Shown: positions 49,496 to 57,046 of the stretch, in pieces
How the letters are laid out: the number at the start of each line of letters is the position of its first letter
Numbering within the stretch: the stretch's first letter is position 1
DNA from: Rickettsiales bacterium
Lineage (GTDB): Bacteria > Pseudomonadota > Alphaproteobacteria > Rickettsiales > JABIRX01
Direction of reading: 5' to 3'
Assembly: GCA_965658435.1 (NCBI GenBank)
Contig: CBFHSE010000003.1
Location: 1-59,533, forward strand
DNA: 59,533 bases
Position numbers and translations under genes: made by a program
The notes under the pieces: model-generated
The model's input: the letters and a program-made list of their open reading frames with translations, nothing else
The model's database searches: none
Told to the model about the DNA's origin: nothing

Positions 49496-50768
49496 AAGAA
49501 TAGTTATCTAATTGATGGATTTTAATTAATTCTGACTTGCCAGTTTTTCTTTCTTTAATTTCAATATGGCCATCTTTTAAAGATTTTTTACCTATGATTA
49601 TTTGGTAAGGTATGCCAATCAAGTCGTGGCAGGCAAGTTTCTCTCCTACTGACTTATTGCTAGTATCATCAAAGATTATGCTGATATTTCTGTTTTGTAA
49701 TAATTCGTAAATTGCATAGCTGGTTTTTGCAATTTCTGGATCGGATAATTTTAAAGGATTAATTATAACCTTAAAAGGTGCAATTTCTGTTGGCCAAATT
49801 ATGCCTTTTGCGTCATGGGAATATTCTATTATGGCTGCAACTAATCTAGAAACTCCAATGCCATATGATCCCATATTCACTGATATGTTTTCACCTTTGT
49901 TATTTTTGATAATAGCATTTAAGCTTTTGGAATATTTATCAGCAAAGTTAAAAATATGACCAACTTCAATACCTTTTTTTACTATTAGATTTTTAGGTGA
50001 GTTTTTTGGATTATGCATTTCATCTGCAGCTGCATAATAGTTTTTTAGTTCATGATAATTGAAATTTCCTTTTTCGATTTCTTGAAATAATGCTGGGTCA
50101 GCATAAATTTCACTTTCGCCGGTTTCGGCTAAAATGTGAAATTCATGACTTAAATTACCGCCAATAGCTCCAGTATCTGCTTTTACTGGAATGGCAGTAA
50201 GACCCATTTCTGTGAAGATTTTTAGATAAATTTTATAATATGTTTTATATATTTCTAAAGCCTCTATTTTGTCTAATGCAAAGGAGTAAGCATCTTTCAT
50301 TAAAAATTCTCTAGCCCGCATAACTCCAAAACGTGGCCTTATTTCATCACGAAACTTCCAATTAATTTGATATAAATTAATGGGCATTTCTTTGTAGCTT
50401 TTTACATATTTTCTGAAGATGTCTGTAGCAATTTCTTCTGCTGTTGGGCCAAATAATAATTCTTTGTTATGCCTATCTTTAAAGCGGAGCATTTCTTGGC
50501 CATAAGCATCATAGCGATTTGATTCTTGCCATAAATTTGCTGGTTGGGTAATTGGCATAATTATTTTGTTAATATTAGCTTTTTCAAGATTATTGCTAAT
50601 AATTTTACTAATATTTTCTAATATTTTTACCCCTAATGGTAACCAGCTATATATTCCAGAATTCACTTTGCTGATGAGACCAGATTTTAACATTAATTGA
50701 TGCGAAATTATTTTAGCATCACTTGGGATTTCTTTGCTTAATGGTAAAAAAAACTTTGATAAAAACAT
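49488..50768 (-). CDS. proS: Proline-tRNA ligase (short form, without insertion domain)
   Basis: Class II motifs (FRDEIRPRFGVMRAREFLMKDAYSF, GSYGIGVSRL) and a 426-aa length, as in alphaproteobacterial ProRS. Confidence 0.92.
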   Translation of the reverse strand: MFLSKFFLPLSKEIPSDAKIISHQLMLKSGLISKVNSGIYSWLPLGVKILENISKIISNNLEKANINKIIMPITQPANLWQESNRYDAYGQEMLRFKDRHNKELLFGPTAEEIATDIFRKYVKSYKEMPINLYQINWKFRDEIRPRFGVMRAREFLMKDAYSFALDKIEALEIYKTYYKIYLKIFTEMGLTAIPVKADTGAIGGNLSHEFHILAETGESEIYADPALFQEIEKGNFNYHELKNYYAAADEMHNPKNSPKNLIVKKGIEVGHIFNFADKYSKSLNAIIKNNKGENISVNMGSYGIGVSRLVAAIIEYSHDAKGIIWPTEIAPFKVIINPLKLSDPEIAKTSYAIYELLQNRNISIIFDDTSNKSVGEKLACHDLIGIPYQIIIGKKSLKDGHIEIKERKTGKSELIKIHQLDNYSFN

Positions 50769-51023
50769 AGTAAAATAACTTAAAAAAAATAGCTTGCTAT
50801 GTCAATTAATCATTATGAATAAATTTAATTTTGAGAGAAAAATAATTATTTTTTCTTAAAATGTTATATAATTTGCCAAATAGCTTAATTAAAATATTAG
50901 TTAATAATTAGATATTTGCAGTTAATATTTTAAATTAACTTAGTTATTGTAATTAGGATTAAATATAAATATTTATTTTTATATCTATAACAGTTAATTT
51001 AATTTTAGCTTAAATTGTTAATT

Positions 51024-53204
51024 TTATAAACTACGACTTGGTAAACCATGAGATGCAGTACTTTGTTCTCCTTTAATTTTAGGGGCATATAATTTTTGAG
51101 CTGGAACACTACCTTTTATTACATTTTGTAATTCATTAATAAGTGATTCAGGTTTTGGATTACTTCCGCCTAAAACTGATGCTAGATTAGTTGTAAGAGC
51201 TTTTTTTGTCTCAGTATCTTCTATGTCTAGACTGTTAATGGCTATTTTTGCAAGTTCATCTTTATCATCAGTTAAGTCTCCTGTGCATGTTTTTTTTAAA
51301 TTATCTCTTGTTTCTTTATTAGGTCTTATGCCTAATATATTTAATGCATTTATTACAAATTTTTCATCATATTTTTTAGTAATTTTTTCCAGTTCCTTTT
51401 CTTTTTTCTGTTCTGGAGTTTCCATTAAAGGAGTTATTTGAGCAATTTTAGCTAATGGTGATTCTCCAGTATCACCGATTCTTCCTATTGCATAGCTAAC
51501 ACCTGAAGCTATTGTGCCCAATGTCCCAATTATAATTGATGCTTTATATACTGGATGCAGACCGGATAAAGAATCAAATGTTTTTAATATTGTTGGATCT
51601 GCATTTCCCATTTCTATTCCAGTACCAACTCCAAAAATTGTGAATAAAATTAATGTCATTGTGGCTAAAGCAATATATTTTGCAATTTTATTGTATTTGT
51701 TACTCCTATCCTCAGCCTTATCTTGCCTGTTTTGTTCTTCTGTTTCTTTATCATTCTCCCATTTTGCGATACCAGAGTCTCTCTGGTCTCTTAAGCTATT
51801 GATTCTTCTTGATATATTCGCGGCTTGTGCATCTTTCTCTGCTTTTCTTGCTTGCCTTTTTTCTTCTAGTTTATTGCGGGATATTTCTTCTTTTTCTTCT
51901 TTTTTGGATCCTGAAGTTAAATTTTGATGCACAGTGCTTAAATTTGTATTATCGTTTTTTGCTCCATATCCAATCAATGATTCTGCCATTTTTTCATATG
52001 GTTTATATTTTTCTTGTTTTTGCTGGTAACCTGCAATTTCTTCTTGAGCGTCGGTGACTTGTTTTGCAAGAGTTTTTAAGTCATCTACAGTAGTTTTAAT
52101 TTCCTGATCTTTTGCGGCTATTTGACTTTTAAGATCTTCTACCTCTTTTTTTGTAGATAAAAAAGGCTGAAATTTTGGATACCTAAATCTAGATTCATAA
52201 TCTTGTTTGATTTTATCTTCCTTAATTTTCTCAAATTCTTTAAATACAGATTCTTTTAGGCCATTAAATTCATTAACTTGTTCAGTAAGATAGCTTTCTA
52301 ATTCTTGTTCTTTAGAAGTTTTTTCAGTATTTAAACTATCTATTAGTGTTTTAAGTGCTGGTTTATTTAATTCTGATGCAGATCCATGTGATATTTGCGT
52401 TTTTTGAATTTCATCTTCTAAATCTTGAATTTCTTTATCTTTACTAGTTTTTTCAGTATTTATTTTATCATACTTACTTGATAATCTCTTTGCTGCAGAG
52501 TTATATTCTGGATTATTAGTATTGAGTGGTGGCTGTGAAGCATTAAAAGAATTTTTACTCCAGTTATTAAAATCATCATCAGAAGTATCTCTATCTATAG
52601 CAGCAATTAATACGTTATATTCTTCTTCTAGTCTCTTTTTTTCTGTTTCATGATCTGTTTGTGCATCAGAAAGAGCTGACCCATGATTAGCGTTTAAATC
52701 ATTTATTGCCTTAGCTTGTTTTACATAAGCTTCTCGTAGTTGTGTCTCAAGTTTTGTTTTTTCATTTTGCTGCTGTGCAATCTCTGTATCTTTAGCTTGA
52801 GCCTGACTACTTAAACGAGCTAATTCATCGCTTTTATATTGAATATCCTCAGATGTTTTCTTATATTCTTTATACCCATCTTCCAGCACTAAATCTTCTA
52901 AAGCATTATCTAATAGAGATTGTTCACTTTTAAATTTACCTGCAAGAAAATCAACTATTTGGTGTTTACCTTTTTTAGCTGCATATTCAAGAGGGTTAAA
53001 TACTTTTTGTGAAGGAGTAGAAGGATCATTTATGAAATTTGTCTTTATGACACTTTTGTGAGTTCTATAGAACTCTGCTAATTCAATTACGTTACCATCA
53101 TTGATTAGTTTTTTAAAACGTGTTGTTAAATATGATGCAGAAATTTCTGAATCTGTTGTTTTTGTTGTTTGTGTCGATTTCGATGTCAGTTTCCAATTTG
53201 GCAT
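51024..53204 (-). CDS. ANK-like / long coiled-coil protein with a bilobed hydrophobic domain; candidate secreted or membrane-inserted effector
   Basis: 726 aa. The ANK-like motif NPLEYAAKKGKHQIVDFLAGK is followed by about 400 aa of K/E/Q-rich heptad-like sequence with an internal repeat (NTEKTSK(D/E)(K/Q)E(I/L)). Two hydrophobic segments follow (IALATMTLILFTIFGVGTGI and ASIIIGTLGTIASGVSYAIG). The gene is monocistronic with AT-rich flanks. Confidence 0.75.
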   Translation of the reverse strand: MPNWKLTSKSTQTTKTTDSEISASYLTTRFKKLINDGNVIELAEFYRTHKSVIKTNFINDPSTPSQKVFNPLEYAAKKGKHQIVDFLAGKFKSEQSLLDNALEDLVLEDGYKEYKKTSEDIQYKSDELARLSSQAQAKDTEIAQQQNEKTKLETQLREAYVKQAKAINDLNANHGSALSDAQTDHETEKKRLEEEYNVLIAAIDRDTSDDDFNNWSKNSFNASQPPLNTNNPEYNSAAKRLSSKYDKINTEKTSKDKEIQDLEDEIQKTQISHGSASELNKPALKTLIDSLNTEKTSKEQELESYLTEQVNEFNGLKESVFKEFEKIKEDKIKQDYESRFRYPKFQPFLSTKKEVEDLKSQIAAKDQEIKTTVDDLKTLAKQVTDAQEEIAGYQQKQEKYKPYEKMAESLIGYGAKNDNTNLSTVHQNLTSGSKKEEKEEISRNKLEEKRQARKAEKDAQAANISRRINSLRDQRDSGIAKWENDKETEEQNRQDKAEDRSNKYNKIAKYIALATMTLILFTIFGVGTGIEMGNADPTILKTFDSLSGLHPVYKASIIIGTLGTIASGVSYAIGRIGDTGESPLAKIAQITPLMETPEQKKEKELEKITKKYDEKFVINALNILGIRPNKETRDNLKKTCTGDLTDDKDELAKIAINSLDIEDTETKKALTTNLASVLGGSNPKPESLINELQNVIKGSVPAQKLYAPKIKGEQSTASHGLPSRSL

Positions 53205-53330
53205 ATCAATATTCTCAAAAATAAGTTAATTAAGATGAATTATAACATTTTTTAAATGATGCTGCAAGAAAAAAATATAAATTAATATTTATGTTGTAAG
53301 ATGTTAAAAAAAAATTAATTTATTTAGAGA

Positions 53331-54221
53331 ATGTTTCTTAAAAAAAATCCTAATTTGATTGGTATTTGCGCACCTGTTTTCTGGTCTTTTATACCTGTTA
53401 TCTCATATTATTTAAGTAATGTTAAAACTTTGATTGTAATTTTAGTTGCATTGACTTTTTTTGTTACTTTATCCTTTTTGTTTTTGCTAATTAATAAAAA
53501 AATTAAATTTTTATTTAAAGAAAATATCAAATTTTATTTACTTAGTATATTTGCAATTTTTACCTTTCATTATGGTTATTTTTTAGCTTTAAAATTAGCA
53601 CCATTAATTCATGTTTTTTTGATTATAAATTTAACTGGGGTGTTTATTATTTTTTATGCAAAATTATTACATAATGTCACTGTAAAAAAAGAACATTTAT
53701 TTGCTTTATTATTTAATTTATTAGCTGTTTTAATGGTAGCAATAAATAAAAATGAAATGAATGATATTTTTAAATATAAATATTTTGGTTATTTAGCAGC
53801 TTTTATTGCTGTAAATTCTTGGGCTTTTTATTCTGCAAAAATTTCTGCTTATAAAATTAAAAATCAATTCTCAATAATAGTTAGTTGTTTTTATGTTTTA
53901 GTAATTACTCTTATTACATTGTTAATTGACGGTAATATTGTTGATTTAGCTTTGTTAACATTTAAAGATTTTTTCTTATGTTGCTTTATAGGTTTATTTT
54001 CTATGGGAGGATCTTTTTTATGTTGGAATTATGGTATGGCTAAAGGAAATATTAGTTTCTTGGCTATTATGTCATATATAACCCCAATTTTAGGTTCTTT
54101 ATGGTTAGTGTTATTTAAAATTGAAATATTTGATTATTCTTTATTAATCGCTATTTTACTAATAATTTCTGCGTCTTTAATTGGGGCAAGAGCAGAAAAA
54201 GGTAAATTAACGGTGGAATAA
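53331..54221 (+). CDS. EamA/DMT-family transporter
   Basis: 296 aa with about 10 TM segments arranged as two halves. Confidence 0.75.
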   Translation: MFLKKNPNLIGICAPVFWSFIPVISYYLSNVKTLIVILVALTFFVTLSFLFLLINKKIKFLFKENIKFYLLSIFAIFTFHYGYFLALKLAPLIHVFLIINLTGVFIIFYAKLLHNVTVKKEHLFALLFNLLAVLMVAINKNEMNDIFKYKYFGYLAAFIAVNSWAFYSAKISAYKIKNQFSIIVSCFYVLVITLITLLIDGNIVDLALLTFKDFFLCCFIGLFSMGGSFLCWNYGMAKGNISFLAIMSYITPILGSLWLVLFKIEIFDYSLLIAILLIISASLIGARAEKGKLTVE

Positions 54222-56030
54222 ATTTTCTAAATCTGATTTTGTTAATTTAATGTAAGTAGGGCGTCCGTGATTACATTGGCCAGAATAAGGCGTTTTTTCC
54301 ATATCTCTTAATATTTTATTCATTTCAGCAATATTTAAAATTCTGCCAGCTCTTATCGCATTATGACAAGCATGATTGCCATAAATTTCAGTTATTCTAT
54401 CCAGTAGATTAAGTGCCTTGCCAAATTGGGAAATATTATCTGCTAAATCTTTTATAAAATTTTTGATATTAATCTCCTTAAAAATTTCAGGTGTTTCTTT
54501 AATTATTAAGCCGTTATTACCTAATTTTTCAATTATGACGCCATATTTTGCTAATTCCTCTTGTTGCTCTAAAATTTCTGTAAGTTGTAATTCTTCTAAT
54601 TCAACAATTTCTGAAAATAAATGTGTTTGTGTTTTTACATTTTTATTGGCTAATTTATTTTTTAATTCTTCATAAATTAATCTTTCATGCGCTGCATGTT
54701 GGTCAATTATGATTAGGCCATTTTCTGTTTGAGAAATTATATAGGTTTTATGGAGTTGGGCTATGGCACTTCCTAAAGGAAAGGAAATATATTCAGGCTG
54801 AAACTCGCTAGTTCTATCAATTGAAGCGGGGGCTTGATCATTGATTGCAAAAGCTAAATTTTCTTGCTGCAGATTTGTGGCATTAGATATATTATTATTT
54901 AGGCTTTGGTTGGCATATGAATAATCAGGCTTTGTTTGGTTGTTATAGGAAAAATATTCTTTTAGATTGTTAGTTGTGTTTTGAGATTTTTCTTGGTTTT
55001 TTTGAAAATATGCTATGGTTTTTTGCTGATTTTCAGTTGAAGATTTAAATTCTGCTTTTTTTAAAGCTTGTTTTAGTGATGAAATAACGAAATTTCTAAT
55101 TTTTTGAGCATCACGAAAGCGAATTTCTGATTTACAAGGGTGCACATTAACATCAATTTCATGGGCAGGTAAATTTAAAAATAACACTAACATTGGATAG
55201 CGATTTGCTTCTAAAAAATCCTGATAGCTAATTTTTATAGCATTTAAAATTATTTTATCTTGAACTGGACGATTATTAATAAATATGTGCTGAAAACTAT
55301 TATTTGCTCTATTGAAAGTAGGAATAGATGCGTAGCTTTTAAATTTATAAGCATCTAATTCATGTTCAAAATATACTGAATTGCTTACAAATTCAGCACC
55401 CATAATTTCTTTTATTCTGTCGCTTAAATTATTTTTTTTATATAAAAAATATTCCTTAGCGCCAATTATTAATTTAAAAGCTATATTGGGGTTGCAAAGA
55501 GCTATTTTTTTTAACAGGGCAATTATATGGTTATTTTCAGTATTTTCTGATTTTAAAAATTTTAATCTAGCTGGTGTAGCAAAAAATAAATCGCGTATTT
55601 CTACTATGGTTCCTTCAGCTAAGTTACTTATTGCAATTGCTTGCTTTTTTCCACCTAAAGAAGTTATTTGATAAGCTTGATCTGCTTTATGATATTTAGA
55701 ATTTAAAGTTAATTTTGCGATTGAAGCAATTGATGCTAACCCTTCACCTCTAAATCCTAAGCTGTTGATATTTAAGAGGTTGTTGGATGTTATTTTAGAT
55801 GTTGCATGTCTAGTTATTGCTAATTCTAATTCTGATTTTTCTATGCCAATACCATTATCCTTTACCATAATCAGATTTTGACCTCCTGCTTCTATTTTAA
55901 TTTGGATGGATGTTGCTTTAGCATCTATTGAGTTTTCTACTAATTCTTTAATTACTGAGGCAGGCCTTTCAATTACTTCGCCAGCTGCTATTCGGCTTAT
56001 TAGAATATCTGATAAAATTTTAATGGGCAT
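54207..56030 (-). CDS. mutL: DNA mismatch repair protein MutL
   Basis: IAAGEVIERPASVIKELVENSIDA and GFRGEGLASI (GHKL ATPase) blocks are present, as is the C-terminal endonuclease-type CNHGRPT. ATG 56030 (MPIKIL) is preferred to TTG 56036. Confidence 0.94.
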   Translation of the reverse strand: MPIKILSDILISRIAAGEVIERPASVIKELVENSIDAKATSIQIKIEAGGQNLIMVKDNGIGIEKSELELAITRHATSKITSNNLLNINSLGFRGEGLASIASIAKLTLNSKYHKADQAYQITSLGGKKQAIAISNLAEGTIVEIRDLFFATPARLKFLKSENTENNHIIALLKKIALCNPNIAFKLIIGAKEYFLYKKNNLSDRIKEIMGAEFVSNSVYFEHELDAYKFKSYASIPTFNRANNSFQHIFINNRPVQDKIILNAIKISYQDFLEANRYPMLVLFLNLPAHEIDVNVHPCKSEIRFRDAQKIRNFVISSLKQALKKAEFKSSTENQQKTIAYFQKNQEKSQNTTNNLKEYFSYNNQTKPDYSYANQSLNNNISNATNLQQENLAFAINDQAPASIDRTSEFQPEYISFPLGSAIAQLHKTYIISQTENGLIIIDQHAAHERLIYEELKNKLANKNVKTQTHLFSEIVELEELQLTEILEQQEELAKYGVIIEKLGNNGLIIKETPEIFKEINIKNFIKDLADNISQFGKALNLLDRITEIYGNHACHNAIRAGRILNIAEMNKILRDMEKTPYSGQCNHGRPTYIKLTKSDLENLFHR

Positions 56031-56128
56031 AATCAATAAGGAATTAAGTTTTTTTTAGCTTATAAGTTTAATCTGACTTTGACAATGATGTTATTTTAAA
56101 CATAATAAGTAAAAATTAAATTTAATTT

Positions 56129-56356
56129 ATGAGTAAAGATAATAATAAAGCAGAAAATACTGATTTTTCAATAACTGATATTTTGCAAGCGCATGATATT
56201 TTAATTTCTATATTATTAGCAAAAATTATTGCTGATGCAGGAGATGCAAAATCATATATAGATAAATTACTAGAAATGGTTGAAATGCAAGAAATTAACG
56301 AAAATGCTAAAAATCATATAAAAATGCTTTTAAAGCCAATTAAAGATTCATTGTAA
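56129..56356 (+). CDS. Hypothetical small protein
   Basis: The 75-aa ORF ends 3 nt before the DUF445 gene start. No family was recognised. Confidence 0.4.
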   Translation: MSKDNNKAENTDFSITDILQAHDILISILLAKIIADAGDAKSYIDKLLEMVEMQEINENAKNHIKMLLKPIKDSL

Positions 56357-56359
56357 AAT

Positions 56360-57046
56360 ATGGAATTTATTAGAAATAAAAGTTTTTTAACTAATTTCAT
56401 AGCTTTTAGTGCTGCTTTTATAGGGTTTGTTTTTAATATTAATTTATTATTTACTACTGCTATATTTGCTTTTTCTGGAGCAATTACCAATGCTCTTGCT
56501 GTGCATATGCTATTTGAGAAAATCCCCTTTTTATATGGTTCTGGGGTGATTCCAAGAAGATTTCTTGAATTTAAACAAGCTTTAAAATTATTAATTATTG
56601 AAGAGTTTTTCGCGGCAGAAAAATTAGAAGATTTTTTAGAGAAGAAAATTAATTCCAAAGATTTTAAAATTAATATCGAAAAAATTGATTTTGATAAAAT
56701 TTATAATGATTTAATTGCGGCAATTATGGAGTCTTCTTTGGCTTCAATGCTTTCTATGTTTGGAGGAAGTCAGGCTTTAGAGCCATTGAAACAACCAATT
56801 ATTGCGAAGTTAAAATTAATTATTGTTGATTTTGAAGAAATGCATCTGCAAAAATTAACTTCGGCAAAAATGCATGAAAAATTTGCTTCGGAAATAGAAA
56901 ATTTGATTGATAAAAGATTAGCTGAGCTAACTCCTCTAATGGTTAAGGAGATTTTAAAGAAAATAATTAATAAATATTTAGGCTGGTTAGTTGTTTGGGG
57001 TGGAGTATTTGGGGCTTTGCTTGGTTTTTTATATGGTTTGTTATAA
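56360..57046 (+). CDS. DUF445-family membrane protein
   Basis: GAITNALAVHMLFEKIPFLYGSGVIPRR resembles the DUF445 N-terminal block, and there is a C-terminal TM (GWLVVWGGVFGALLGFLYG). The next gene starts at the following nucleotide. Confidence 0.68.
   Translation: MEFIRNKSFLTNFIAFSAAFIGFVFNINLLFTTAIFAFSGAITNALAVHMLFEKIPFLYGSGVIPRRFLEFKQALKLLIIEEFFAAEKLEDFLEKKINSKDFKINIEKIDFDKIYNDLIAAIMESSLASMLSMFGGSQALEPLKQPIIAKLKLIIVDFEEMHLQKLTSAKMHEKFASEIENLIDKRLAELTPLMVKEILKKIINKYLGWLVVWGGVFGALLGFLYGLL

Noticed and set aside
50836-50866. AT-only near-palindrome AGAAAAATAATTATTTTTTCT as a terminator for the coiled-coil gene
   Set aside because: The stem is entirely A/T and would be very weak. It also lies more than 150 nt from the stop codon.
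51223-52057. Three + strand ORFs (72, 137 and 82 aa) inside the coiled-coil gene
   Set aside because: They are the antisense of a K/E-rich gene, which gives F/L/S-rich stop-poor frames. This is a typical shadow-ORF artefact.
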